Shown here: positions 19,752-30,363 of the stretch, one piece after another
Position numbering within the stretch: position 1 is the first letter of the stretch
Layout: the number at the start of each line of letters is the position of its first letter
Origin: Blastocatellia bacterium
Lineage (GTDB): Bacteria > Acidobacteriota > Blastocatellia > UBA7656
Length of the DNA: 64,000 nt
NCBI GenBank assembly: GCA_963765495.1
Contig: CAVXWP010000001.1
Coordinates: 1,216,001-1,280,000 of the forward strand
Reading direction: 5' to 3'
Translations under genes and position numbers: made by a program
Notes under the pieces: model-generated
What the model was told of the DNA's origin: nothing
What the model saw: only the letters and a program-made list of their open reading frames with translations
Databases searched by the model: none

Positions 19752-20834
19752 ATGGATATACCAACTTATCAAAACAAAACTGGGTGGCCCTGGGTGGATT
19801 CAGATGAACCAGCGCCATCATTGCCAGAAGGTGAATCCTGGCCCAAGATCAGTATAGTTACTCCCTCATATAATCAGGGTCAGTATATTGAAGAGACTAT
19901 TCGATCCGTCTTGCTTCAAAATTACCCCAACTTGGAATACATAATCATTGATGGTGGGAGTACGGATAATTCAGTCGAGATCATAAAGAAGTACGAGCCG
20001 TGGATAAGTTATTGGGTGAGCGAGCCAGATCAGGGACAGTCCCATGCAATCAATAAAGGTTTCGAGAAGGCAACCGGAGAAATCTTTGCATACCTCAACA
20101 GTGATGATTTATATGTTCCTGGTTGCTTACAGTGCGTAGCCAGGGATTTTTCTCAAGACATTGAACCTTCCTGGCATGCTTATCCGGTTCAGGATTTTTC
20201 AGCAAGCGGTCTTGCTACATTTTATTATGCTCCTGTCTTAAGTAATAACCTGATACCTATAAAGCAAGATGATCAGGCGCTAAGAATGATTATTGGTGAC
20301 AGATCGGTTGATTGGAATTTATTGTTTTCCTGGGTTCTGGGGAAGGTTCAACTACATCAGCCGGGAGTATTCTGGCCAGCCAAATTCCACAAAGAGGTTG
20401 GTGGCTTCGACCTGAGATATCACTATGGATTTGATCGGAAATTTTTTATGGAGTTGATTGCGCGTAAATATCCACTAAAGGTATCTCACGGTGGGGCATT
20501 GGCTTACTTTCGATTGCATGACAATTCCAAGACGATAAGTTCAGGTAAAGAAACAATGAAGAACCGTTTCTTCTTAGAGGCACAGTCTATCTCAAAAGAT
20601 TTCGAGCCCAGATTAAAACGTAAAGAGCGGCTTGTTGTTCAATCGGCAAGGGCTGAAATAATAATTTCTGACGCTTGGACATCTTATCGGCAAGGACAGT
20701 TGAGCTCGAAATCCTTTCTTAAACGTCTTATATTGCTTTCCAAAGAATTGCCGGGAGGGCTATTCAGTCGTTTTTATTGGGGATCACTTCGGAAAATGCT
20801 GGTTCAAAGTCTGACCAGGCATACGGTTCGTTAG
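19752..20834 (+). CDS. Glycosyltransferase family 2
   Basis: KTGWPW, ISIVTPSYNQ, IIDGGSTD, YLNSDD. Start set at the internal ATG (ORF track starts at 19698). Confidence 0.9.
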   Translation: MDIPTYQNKTGWPWVDSDEPAPSLPEGESWPKISIVTPSYNQGQYIEETIRSVLLQNYPNLEYIIIDGGSTDNSVEIIKKYEPWISYWVSEPDQGQSHAINKGFEKATGEIFAYLNSDDLYVPGCLQCVARDFSQDIEPSWHAYPVQDFSASGLATFYYAPVLSNNLIPIKQDDQALRMIIGDRSVDWNLLFSWVLGKVQLHQPGVFWPAKFHKEVGGFDLRYHYGFDRKFFMELIARKYPLKVSHGGALAYFRLHDNSKTISSGKETMKNRFFLEAQSISKDFEPRLKRKERLVVQSARAEIIISDAWTSYRQGQLSSKSFLKRLILLSKELPGGLFSRFYWGSLRKMLVQSLTRHTVR

Positions 20835-21233
20835 ATTCAAATCGGTACAATAGGTGAAGGAAAAGAAACAACCCTTATTATTATGGCAAATGACCAATAG
20901 AGGATTTGGCTCAGAAATTAACGTGATGCTTTGGGCCCTCTCTATTCGTTAGAAAAAACATGGAATATGCTTTATCAATGGTTCGGACATTTTTTGAGGT
21001 ACAAGCCTCGTAAGTTATTGAATCTGTTTAGCGGGCAGAAATTAAACCAAAGTCAAAGCCGCAGCTAACTTCGATTTAATTCTGCGGACAAGTTCTAAAT
21101 GCTTGATTAGATTAGCTTTTAACAGTTAAACAACACAGTAAAAATGTCCGAACCATTGACAGGGGTACGTAGAACGTTTTCGCTGTGAGCATAATGTCTT
21201 TTATACGTGTAGAAATGATAAAGGAAGTTTTAG

Positions 21234-22133
21234 ATGGTGAGTAACGGTCATCGCGGACACAAGAACAGGCTTTTTGTAGGAATAACGTCCTGGAACAGCG
21301 TAACCTTCCTGGGTCATTGCATCGATGCGGTAAAACAGACGACCAGTGCCGACTCCACTCGCATTGTGGTGCTCGATAATGAATCAACGGACGGCTCTTT
21401 TGAGATGGCTCGATCTCGCGGCGTTGAAGTGATAAGCCGAAGATGCAATCAACCTCAGGCATTGGTTCGCCTCTTTAATCTTTCCCGCAGCGAATTCACC
21501 CTGCTTATTCATTCGGACATCATTATCTTAAACAGAGATTGGCTGGACATTTGCGCTCAACACTTAACGGAAAACGTTGCGATGATTTCCCCGGAAGATA
21601 TTGGCTGCGGACCGTATACGAGGCCCTGGGGGAAGGGCATGCCGGAAAGCTCTTTTATGCTGTTTAGAACTGCGTCGGCGCGTGCCACTAGACAATGGTA
21701 TTCTGTACAGCGATTCAAAATCCGCTGGCCCTATCGGGCTTTGGACTTCTTCGGAGAACACATCACATACAATTTACCTGACAGGCTAAACGAGCACCGT
21801 CTTGAATGGCGCATGATGGCCGTGCATACTTCGACCCTCGAAGCCTCTCCGATATACACTCCCTCGTTCAAACCTAAATACTGGGAAAGCGAATGGGGCT
21901 ACTATCGTTACGGTCTGGGCAACTTTTATAGTCTGGATGGACAGATAACCCATTACCATAACTGGTTTGATCGCATCTCCTCAGAAGGTGTAGACATTGA
22001 TACACAATCGCAGGCCACTTTCCCGAAAGATGGGGGACTGCCGCTGGCCTATGTGAAGGTCTATACGGATAATTTTATCTCTGATCTGAAATCCGGTCAG
22101 ATCGTTATGCCCGACCCTGTCGGGGTTTGTTAG
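21234..22133 (+). CDS. Glycosyltransferase family 2-like protein
   Basis: VGITSWNS, VVLDNESTDGS, IHSD. Confidence 0.78.
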   Translation: MVSNGHRGHKNRLFVGITSWNSVTFLGHCIDAVKQTTSADSTRIVVLDNESTDGSFEMARSRGVEVISRRCNQPQALVRLFNLSRSEFTLLIHSDIIILNRDWLDICAQHLTENVAMISPEDIGCGPYTRPWGKGMPESSFMLFRTASARATRQWYSVQRFKIRWPYRALDFFGEHITYNLPDRLNEHRLEWRMMAVHTSTLEASPIYTPSFKPKYWESEWGYYRYGLGNFYSLDGQITHYHNWFDRISSEGVDIDTQSQATFPKDGGLPLAYVKVYTDNFISDLKSGQIVMPDPVGVC

Positions 22134-22166
22134 ATTTCATCTCGTCCTTCTTGAGTAATCCCGGCA

Positions 22167-23531
22167 ATGGCTACATCGAAAAAGCTTTTCATTTGCTCGC
22201 CCTCGGCTTCATTGCACGGAGGGGTTGAGACTATTCTCTCCGACTTGTGCAAAGACCTTCCAGGTTATGGATGGGAGGTTGTGCTGGCTCTTGGCAAAGG
22301 GGCGCGCTTTAATAATGTAGAGAGATACCGCCATGCCTATCCCGATCTGCCCATCATCGAAGTTGACGGGACCGGCGGAACTCGCCCGGCACGGGTAAAT
22401 GCTTTGCTTCGGACAGTAAAGAAGGTCCGGCCCAATGTAGTGCTTTCGGCGCGAATCTTTGATGCGTATGAAGCTATTGGGCTACTCAAACAAATAGATC
22501 GAAATCTGAGACTTGCGACGACTGTGCGCGGCTACGAACCGCAATACCTGTACGATGTCCGACTTTACAAAGGGAACATAGATCTTTGTGTCGTGGATGG
22601 CGAGTTGTTACTTGGGGCTTGTACAAAGTGGGCAGGACTGGATCATGGCCGTGCCGTTAGTATTCCTGGAGGCGTAAAACTTCCTGATGTCGATGTGTTA
22701 CCGCGCACAAAAGCGGAGATTTTGCGAATTGGGTATGTTGGAAGGTTAGCCCAAAGTGATAAGCGAATTCTTGACCTCTTGCCTTTGGTAAAGGCTCTGG
22801 AGAATTTGGGTGTGGGCTTTCATCTTAAGATTGTAGGCAACGGACCCGAAGAAGCCGTGTTGCTTGACGAGTTAGGCGCTTTAGTCTCCGCCGGCAAAAT
22901 ATCGTTTTGCGGTTGGAAACAAAAGAGCGAGTTATATCGGCAAATCTATCCGAATCTTGATTGCATAGTAAATTTTTCGCCTGCCGAGGGAGTAACTATC
23001 TCTGGGCGAGAGGCGATGGCGCACGGAGTAGTTCCGGTGATCTCGCAATTTGTGGGTTTAAAAGCCGAGAAGCAATATATAAATGAGTTCAATGCCCTGA
23101 CTTTCCCAGTTGGAGATATCCGGCAGGCAGCCAGAAATATTGCCCGGCTGGTAAAAGAACCGGGCCTGCTGAACTATCTTTCGATAAACGCCAGCAATTC
23201 TCAAACCGGCAAATATGTTTATGAAGGCGCGATACATGCCTGGGCTGATGCCCTGGAACGTTGCCTGGAGCGACCGCCACAATGCGCGCCTGTGCCTGAA
23301 CTAAATCTATCGGCGGACGGACGTTTGACTCGTCTGGGTCTGTCGCCGAAGGTTGCCCAGTTCATCAGGGATATGTTTGGAAGACGTAGTGTGCATAATG
23401 ATCCAGGCAGTGAATGGCCTCAATCAAGCGGTCTGTTATCAAAGGATACCTTTTCTGAGATTATGAATTTCGCTTCTGATCTTGAGGGAAAGTATTCAGT
23501 ATCAGAAGAAAAGGCGATCATTAAAGGGTAG
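22167..23531 (+). CDS. Glycosyltransferase family 4
   Basis: GGVET, IGYVGRL..DKR, SPAEGVTISGREAMAHG. Confidence 0.87.
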   Translation: MATSKKLFICSPSASLHGGVETILSDLCKDLPGYGWEVVLALGKGARFNNVERYRHAYPDLPIIEVDGTGGTRPARVNALLRTVKKVRPNVVLSARIFDAYEAIGLLKQIDRNLRLATTVRGYEPQYLYDVRLYKGNIDLCVVDGELLLGACTKWAGLDHGRAVSIPGGVKLPDVDVLPRTKAEILRIGYVGRLAQSDKRILDLLPLVKALENLGVGFHLKIVGNGPEEAVLLDELGALVSAGKISFCGWKQKSELYRQIYPNLDCIVNFSPAEGVTISGREAMAHGVVPVISQFVGLKAEKQYINEFNALTFPVGDIRQAARNIARLVKEPGLLNYLSINASNSQTGKYVYEGAIHAWADALERCLERPPQCAPVPELNLSADGRLTRLGLSPKVAQFIRDMFGRRSVHNDPGSEWPQSSGLLSKDTFSEIMNFASDLEGKYSVSEEKAIIKG

Positions 23532-23561
23532 AGACAAATATCCTCATCTTGAAATCAAGTC

Positions 23562-24650
23562 ATGGCGTACTCGCTAAAGCACAAGATCGGCGCAATCATT
23601 TATGAAGGACCGAAGTTCTTATTTGGAATGATGCGGCATCGGCCTCGCGGTTTTGTAGCTTCTCCCTGGAAATTCATTTGCAATCGAAATGAAATCCTGA
23701 TTCCCGACCATCGCGGCCTGGGTGTTAAGTGTGGATGGCGGTGGACTTCGGATCTGCACATTCCAAGAGTTTTCCCTGCTCTCGGCTTGAGACTGATGAA
23801 AAGGGCATTTAGTGATTGGCCGGTCGGTTCAGTATCCGAACCGCTGCAAGCGGATGAGCGGGTTGACGTCACTTTCATTATCGGCCATCGTGGGACGGCA
23901 CGGCTGCCGCATCTGCTTGCAACGCTTCGGTCCATAGCTGCGCAACGCGGCGCATCAATCGAATGTCTTGTTGTCGAACAGGCCGTTGACCCGGAGATTA
24001 AATCGTTTTTGCCTGATTGGGTGCGCTATATACATGCCCGTTTGCCACAGCCCGATATGCCCTATTGTCGCTCAAGCGCATTCAATGCGGGGGCGAGCCT
24101 GGCTAGAGGACACATGCTCGTCTTGCACGATAACGATTTGATAGTGCCGGAGAGTTATGCTGCCGAGATTTTGAAGAGGGCAAGCGAGGGATACGAGGTC
24201 ATCAACCTCAAGCGGTTTATCTTCTATCTGTCTGAGATGCATTCCCAAAGGGTCTTTTCTGCAATACATGTTCCTTTTGATGAAGCGCCGGAGGCTGTAA
24301 CACAAAACGCTCAAGGCGGAGGCAGTTTAGCTATTACCCGAGAAGCCTATTTCGCTATCGGCGGTTTTGACGAAGCATTTGTCGGCTGGGGAGGGGAAGA
24401 TAACGAGTTCTGGGAGAGAGCGCAGACTCGAAAAGTTTGGCCGTTCGGTTATCTCCCACTGATTCATCTCTGGCACCCGGCCCAGCCCGGTAAACTCAAT
24501 CAATCGCGCCAGACAACCAAATTATTTGAAATGCGCTCTGCAATCCCTGTTGAAGAACGTATAAAAGAACTGATAACTCGAAACCTTTCTCGCTCCGAGC
24601 ATCTCACGCCGGCTTCCGGCTCAATCGCCAATCGGGCCAATTCTAAATGA
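23562..24650 (+). CDS. GT-A glycosyltransferase with GT7_C-like domain
   Basis: FNAGA, LHDND, IGGFDEAFVGWGGEDNEF, HLWH. Confidence 0.85.
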   Translation: MAYSLKHKIGAIIYEGPKFLFGMMRHRPRGFVASPWKFICNRNEILIPDHRGLGVKCGWRWTSDLHIPRVFPALGLRLMKRAFSDWPVGSVSEPLQADERVDVTFIIGHRGTARLPHLLATLRSIAAQRGASIECLVVEQAVDPEIKSFLPDWVRYIHARLPQPDMPYCRSSAFNAGASLARGHMLVLHDNDLIVPESYAAEILKRASEGYEVINLKRFIFYLSEMHSQRVFSAIHVPFDEAPEAVTQNAQGGGSLAITREAYFAIGGFDEAFVGWGGEDNEFWERAQTRKVWPFGYLPLIHLWHPAQPGKLNQSRQTTKLFEMRSAIPVEERIKELITRNLSRSEHLTPASGSIANRANSK

Positions 24651-26677
24651 GATCGAAAGCCAGGGTAATATTCAACAAAGAGGTATTAAGACTCGCGGCC
24701 ATATCGGCGGCAATTACGATGGCGATTGCCTTGCTTGTCTGCCTTTATCCCATACGATGGGATAAGAAAGCGCTTGGCCCGGTCCTGCCTCAATTCAATT
24801 CGTCGGAGATGGCTCATAGTCCTCAAATCCTTTTTGTGAGCAAAGATAACGATTGGGAGAACGGCCATTATGCGCAATACGGATTCGATATGATCGCCTT
24901 CCCGCACGGGAAAGTTGATTGGATGGTGTTTAAGGAAGGCTGGCGGGAAAGCCCCTGGCAAGCGCGATGGATGATTGATGAGGAGGGAAATATTTATAGC
25001 CCTGGGGGTGATAATTCCTGGTATATGGTGGAAAACGCGTCGGAAGGCTCGATCTCTTTTCCGGGGTCGGCAAGCGTTATAGTTTCTGACCCTGATACCA
25101 GAGCAAAACTTCTGAAGCGCTGGCCGTCGTTGAGCGAAGACAAGGTTCTATTGATGAGCAATGAGCCTGTCTCTTTCTGGGAGTCTCCTCGAATTCGCAT
25201 TGGCCTTTCCCAATTTATACGAATCTTTGTTCTCGTATTCCTCCTGGTCGTGATGTTTGCTTTTTTGAGCGCTGTTACCGGCGAAAATGGAAGAGGTTGG
25301 GTGTGGCTCAACCTTGGACTCGCTGTCCCATCTGTTCTCATCCCTCACACAATCGTCGTCTATTTCCTCGGTAAAATCACATCCGAAGCCATTAGCCTGA
25401 GTTTTATATTGGAGTTTGTCATTGCTATCGGTCTGACGGTTTATATTCAAAAAAAGAAAGTTCCGGCTAACAAGCCACCGATAAAAAAAACGTTTCCCGA
25501 TATTTGGCATAGCATGGGGCGCAAAGACATATTGCGCCCGGAATCATTGATTCTGGCGGCTCTCCTTCTATTGTATATCTCCTTTAGTTGCCTGAAGCTC
25601 GACTTCGACGGCGACATGTTTACACAGTATGTGCCAGTGGCGCAGTATCATTATCTTGCAGGGAGCCATGATCCGAAGGCGCTGATGGAGCGATTCGGCA
25701 TAATGACGCAGGCCACATATCCTCCCGGCTTCCCAATACTCATCTCTACCTTGATGTGGGCAGGGGATTTGCCAAAAGAGACGCCGCTCAAATTCGGTTA
25801 TCAGGCAAATCTGGCGATTTTCCTCTATCGCTTTATGATCTCAATACTGCATTTATCTTTTCTCTTGAGCGCGGGAGGGCTCTTTCGGCTATTACAGAAA
25901 GATGAAAACAGTTGGGGATGGCTATTGCCAACGCTGGCGATTCCTTTGATCCTGCCTCTATTTCTTGGGAGGCCCGAGGCCTCAGAGGTATTTCTTGTGC
26001 CTGTTGTCGGCTTTTCGATACTGGCCCTTCTGGCAGGTGATGAATTGAACAATCCGCTTTACACGAATTTAGGATTGTTCTTTGGCGGATATGGAATGTT
26101 CCTCAAAAAGGAAGGATTTCTGATCTTCGTGCTGATTGTGATGCCATGGTATCTGGCCGGACGGCTGAGATCATCGAAGCTTTCTTTGCGAGCAATAGCG
26201 ATTAACTCGACATGCTTGCTTATCGGGATCAGTCCCTTCCTGTTTTGGAAACTCGGCCTAAATAGCCTGCACATCCCAGAATACTTCTTTTATGAGAACC
26301 CCAGTCTGGCAAAATTGGCGGCAAGCGGTCCTTTGCTCAAAGGGGTTATTGAAAAGGCGATAAAGATTCTGCTGGCCAATAATTATTGGGTAGCGCTTTT
26401 CCTCATTTTCCCCCTGGCTGTTTCATACGACTGGCTCTGGTGTCGAAGATGGAAGCAAGCGTGCATACCGCTCGGGGCTATGGCCTATATTTTTTCTATG
26501 ACATTTGTTTACCTGTTCTCGCGACACCCCGAAGGTGCGGCTGTACACATGGATGTCTCATATGAACGTATACTGGCAGTAGGCATATTATCGGTCATCC
26601 TTTATGGTGCCAAAACCATAATTATTCCTGCAAAAGAGCTACAAAGGAATCTCAGGGCAAAAGAATGTGCGGCATAA
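24647..26677 (+). CDS. Polytopic membrane protein, possible GT-C fold transferase
   Basis: More than 10 hydrophobic segments; YPPGFP and LKKEG motifs resemble PMT_2/GT39-like proteins. Confidence 0.55.
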   Translation: MRSKARVIFNKEVLRLAAISAAITMAIALLVCLYPIRWDKKALGPVLPQFNSSEMAHSPQILFVSKDNDWENGHYAQYGFDMIAFPHGKVDWMVFKEGWRESPWQARWMIDEEGNIYSPGGDNSWYMVENASEGSISFPGSASVIVSDPDTRAKLLKRWPSLSEDKVLLMSNEPVSFWESPRIRIGLSQFIRIFVLVFLLVVMFAFLSAVTGENGRGWVWLNLGLAVPSVLIPHTIVVYFLGKITSEAISLSFILEFVIAIGLTVYIQKKKVPANKPPIKKTFPDIWHSMGRKDILRPESLILAALLLLYISFSCLKLDFDGDMFTQYVPVAQYHYLAGSHDPKALMERFGIMTQATYPPGFPILISTLMWAGDLPKETPLKFGYQANLAIFLYRFMISILHLSFLLSAGGLFRLLQKDENSWGWLLPTLAIPLILPLFLGRPEASEVFLVPVVGFSILALLAGDELNNPLYTNLGLFFGGYGMFLKKEGFLIFVLIVMPWYLAGRLRSSKLSLRAIAINSTCLLIGISPFLFWKLGLNSLHIPEYFFYENPSLAKLAASGPLLKGVIEKAIKILLANNYWVALFLIFPLAVSYDWLWCRRWKQACIPLGAMAYIFSMTFVYLFSRHPEGAAVHMDVSYERILAVGILSVILYGAKTIIIPAKELQRNLRAKECAA

Positions 26678-28440
26678 GCGGCTGGTTTCTCAAACAGGGC
26701 ATAGCGCGTGATGATACGCACTTGATGGCGATGGCCGATGCGATCACTCATCGCGGGCCGGATGATCGCGGTTATTTCTATGATCGCGAGCGCGGTGTCG
26801 CGTTTGCTCACAATCGCCTGAGCATCATTGACCTCTCGTCTGCCGGACATCAGCCTATGGCGAGCGAGGACGGACGCTTTATCCTGAGCTATAACGGCGA
26901 ACTGTACAACTTTCAGCAACTCCGGCGGGAACTGGAAGCGCTTGGCCACACATTTTATTCTCGCACCGACACCGAAGTCATACTGCGCAGCTTTATTCAA
27001 TGGGGCGAGGCGTCGGTCGAGCGATTCTGCGGAATGTTTGCCTTCGCGATCTGGGACGCCACAGACGGCAGGCTGTTTCTGGCGCGCGACCCGCTCGGGA
27101 TGAAGCCGCTCTATTATACGGCGCTGCCGGGCGATCAGGGGTTTGTCTTTGCTTCCGAGATAAAGGCGTTTCTCGCGCTCCCTGATTTCGAAGTCAGGAT
27201 GGGCCGCGATGCGCTACAACAGTTTCTCGAATTCGGCTACACGTTCGATGACCACGCAACTTTGCTTGAAGGAGTGTTCAAACTGCCGCCCGGCCACTCC
27301 CTTGAAGTCGTGAAGGGCGCGCCCCTTTCCCCCAGGTCGTTTTTCAATCCGCCGACCCCCGAATCGAGCGGGCGGAAAGACGAAAGAGAGCAGCAAACAG
27401 AGCTTTTTAACACGCTGTCGGAGGTTGTCGCGGAGCACCTTGTTGCCGATGTGCCGGTCGGTTTATTGCTGTCGGGCGGGCTGGATTCAAGCGTCACGGC
27501 GGCACTCGCCGCCCGGCATGCGCGCATCACTACCATAAGCATGGGATTTGCCGAATCGCAAATAGACGAGCGTTCCTTTGCCCGGGTAGTTGCCAATCAC
27601 ATCCGATCCGATCACCGCGAAATCACGATTCACCCGGAAGAGATCAGCAACGATATCGAAGATGTTGTCTGGTACTTTGATGACCTGTTTGCCGATTGGG
27701 GTACTGTCTCTACGCGGCTGATGTATAAAAAATGTCAGGAACAGGGAATCAAAGTTGTACTTGTCGGAGAAGGCTCGGATGAATTATTTGGCGGCTATAC
27801 GATTTTTGAAGCGGCGCAGCAAGTGAAGGGGCCTTTATCGTGGCGATTGTTCCAGCTTTACCGGCGTTATGCGGGCAGACGATACGGCGGTCAGTTCCGG
27901 CAATTTGCCTCGCTTATGCGGAAATATCTGCGGGCAAGCGGCGGCGATATGTTCCACGCTGTGCGTCTGTTCGAATCACGCAATCAGTTGCCGAATAATT
28001 ATGTGATGAAAGTGGATAAGGCCAGCATGTCGGTCAGCGTCGAAGCGCGCGCGCCGTTTCTGGATCGTCGCGTAGCAGAATTTGCCTATCGCACGCCCGC
28101 AAACTTGCTGCTGTCGAACGGGGATAACAAGTCTTTGCTGCGCTCGATGGCCGAACGATACGAATTACTGCCGCGAGAGATCACTCGTCGCCCCAAGTTC
28201 GGAGCGTCAATTGCGGCTTCGTGGATGGATGAGTCCGAGCAGTTTCGCCAGTATGCTCGGCAGGTGATACTCGACCGCGACGGATGGGTAGACGAACTGG
28301 GATTGCGCGGCGCGATGACCGATTATTTCGCGGGAAGGCGCAAGGGGTATCGCTTCCCCCGAGCGATCAGCATATTCAGCAACCTTGCCTGGCGATTGTT
28401 GTTGTTGAATCTCTGGTCGCGGCGTTATGTCGGCGCATAG
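26665..28440 (+). CDS. asnB: Asparagine synthase (glutamine-hydrolysing)-like amidotransferase 2
   Basis: MCG, HRGPD, YNGELYN, LSGGLDSS, GEGSDELFGGY, EARAPFLD. Confidence 0.93.
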   Translation: MCGISGWFLKQGIARDDTHLMAMADAITHRGPDDRGYFYDRERGVAFAHNRLSIIDLSSAGHQPMASEDGRFILSYNGELYNFQQLRRELEALGHTFYSRTDTEVILRSFIQWGEASVERFCGMFAFAIWDATDGRLFLARDPLGMKPLYYTALPGDQGFVFASEIKAFLALPDFEVRMGRDALQQFLEFGYTFDDHATLLEGVFKLPPGHSLEVVKGAPLSPRSFFNPPTPESSGRKDEREQQTELFNTLSEVVAEHLVADVPVGLLLSGGLDSSVTAALAARHARITTISMGFAESQIDERSFARVVANHIRSDHREITIHPEEISNDIEDVVWYFDDLFADWGTVSTRLMYKKCQEQGIKVVLVGEGSDELFGGYTIFEAAQQVKGPLSWRLFQLYRRYAGRRYGGQFRQFASLMRKYLRASGGDMFHAVRLFESRNQLPNNYVMKVDKASMSVSVEARAPFLDRRVAEFAYRTPANLLLSNGDNKSLLRSMAERYELLPREITRRPKFGASIAASWMDESEQFRQYARQVILDRDGWVDELGLRGAMTDYFAGRRKGYRFPRAISIFSNLAWRLLLLNLWSRRYVGA

Positions 28441-28452
28441 AATGCGAATCAA

Positions 28453-29422
28453 ATGAATAAGGGGCTGGTCACCACTATAATCCCGGTCCATAACCGGGCT
28501 TTGATGCTTGTCGAAGCCGTTGAGAGCGTGCTGGCTCAAACGCATCGTCCTATTGAGGTCATCATCGTTGATGACGGCTCTACGGATGATACGGCGGGTG
28601 TAGCCGATGATCTGGCCCTCGGGCATCCGGGTGAGATTCGAGTCATTCATCAATCCAACACGGGGCCGGGCCTTGCCAGAGAAGCCGGGCGACAATCGGC
28701 CACGGGTGAATTCCTTCAGTATTTGGATAGCGATGATCTATTATTGCCGAAAAAGTTTGAATTACAGGTTGCGGGATTGAGGGCGCATTCGGAGTGCGGG
28801 GTATCTTACGGAAAGACGCGCTATAGACATAGCGACGGCACGGTTGAAAATTCGCCGTGGAAAGGCTCCGGCGAAAGAGTCGAGACGATGTTTCCTTCAT
28901 TTCTGAAATGGCGATGGTGGGATACACCAACACCACTGTACAGGGCCAGCCTGTGCCGACAGGCAGGGCCCTGGACGGACTTGAACTCGAAGAGGACTGG
29001 GAATACGATTCCCGGATTGCTGCACAGGGAATGCTGAATTACATTACTGCGATGAATATGTGGCCGAGGTGCGCGACCACACAGAGCATCGTTGATGTAA
29101 GGGTAAGGCCCTTGACCCGATTCGCCTCGCTGAACGCGCCAGATCGCACGAGATGATTCTTTCCAATGCCCATCGAGCGGGAATCGGTGAATCCAGCCCT
29201 GAAATGCAGCACTTCGCGCGAGAGTTATTTTTGCTTTCGCGCCAGTGCGGCGCTGCCGGGCTTGAAGACGAATCGAGAAAGTTGTTTACACTCGCAAGAC
29301 AGGCTTCCGGCGCAACACGGGCAAAGGGCTGGGACTTCAAGCTCTATAAATCTCTGGCCTCTGTTACAGGATGGGCGCGCCTCGGGAAGATGGCCTGCCT
29401 CGCAGACAATTTAAGGAAATGA
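28453..29422 (+). pseudogene. Disrupted glycosyltransferase family 2
   Basis: GT2 N-terminus (IIPVHNR, VDDGSTD, YLDSDD). The LEEDWEY motif lies in a second frame near 28985, and a third frame (HYCDEYVAEVRDH..EMILS) contains an in-frame TGA at 29093. Confidence 0.8.
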
Positions 29423-30348
29423 CCTCTATCCCGGATGTCTCAGTGGTGATGAGCGTCTATAACGGCGCTAAATATCTGAGCGAGAGCATTGAAAGCATCC
29501 TCTCTCAAAGAGGTGTGGCGCTGGAGTTTATAGTCGTTGATGATGGTTCGACCGATGAATCCGGGCGTATCGTGCAAGAGTATTCGCGTAAAGATGATCG
29601 GGTTAAATATTTTCATCAGGGCAATCAGGGGCTGACAAAGGCATTGATCAAAGGCTGTGATTCGGCGCAGGGGAAATACATTGCGCGTCAGGATGTCGGT
29701 GACATCTCTCTGCCCGATAGATTGATAAAACAACTGGATTGTATAAATCGGAATCCCGGCTCCGCATTTGTGTCCTGCGGAACTCGTTTTGTCGGGCCGC
29801 AAGGCGAGGTTCTTTATGATGTTATTCAAGACCCTGCGGAAGCGACCACCCGGTTACTCACTCTCAATTTGGATGAAATCAGAGGCCCATCCAGCCATCC
29901 TTCCACTATCTTTCCGCGACATTTGTATAAAAAAGCAGGGGGGTATCGTTCAGCCTTTTACTTCGCACAGGATCTGGATTTATGGGTTCGTCTGGCAGAG
30001 CGGGGAAGCCATGTCGTTATGCCGGAGGTTTTATATCAAGCCTCGGTTACCGTGGGGTCGATAAGCGGCCTGCATAGAAAAGAGCAGATCGAGTTGACCA
30101 GAATTATTTTTGAATGCGCCAGGCTGCGACGTGACGGCTTGAATGAAGCGCATGAACTTGAAAAAGCGCGGCTAATCAAACCCAACCCCGATCAAATTAA
30201 TGGCCGTCTTGCTCGCGCTAAGGCGCTTTATTTTATCGGGGCGTGTCTGAAAAACCGTCGCAACCCGCAAGCGTCGGGCTATTTTAAGCAAGCCCTGCGA
30301 GTTTGCCCCTGGCATATAAAATCGGCATTGCGTTTATTGTTGGGTTAG
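29419..30348 (+). CDS. Glycosyltransferase family 2
   Basis: VSVVMSVYN, VVDDGSTD, ARQDVGD, AQDLDLW; ATGA overlap with the previous gene. Confidence 0.9.
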   Translation: MTSIPDVSVVMSVYNGAKYLSESIESILSQRGVALEFIVVDDGSTDESGRIVQEYSRKDDRVKYFHQGNQGLTKALIKGCDSAQGKYIARQDVGDISLPDRLIKQLDCINRNPGSAFVSCGTRFVGPQGEVLYDVIQDPAEATTRLLTLNLDEIRGPSSHPSTIFPRHLYKKAGGYRSAFYFAQDLDLWVRLAERGSHVVMPEVLYQASVTVGSISGLHRKEQIELTRIIFECARLRRDGLNEAHELEKARLIKPNPDQINGRLARAKALYFIGACLKNRRNPQASGYFKQALRVCPWHIKSALRLLLG

Positions 30349-30363
30349 GTCGGGTCTATTTGA

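Noticed and set aside
13340-28440. The two AsnB genes as extra lasso cyclases
   Set aside because: Both keep the Cys2 nucleophile and NGE motif of glutamine amidotransferases, and neither has an adjacent B protein or precursor.
29093-29095. In-frame TGA as selenocysteine
   Set aside because: It lies next to two frameshifts in a GT2 gene, and GT2 selenoproteins are not expected; decay or sequencing error is simpler.
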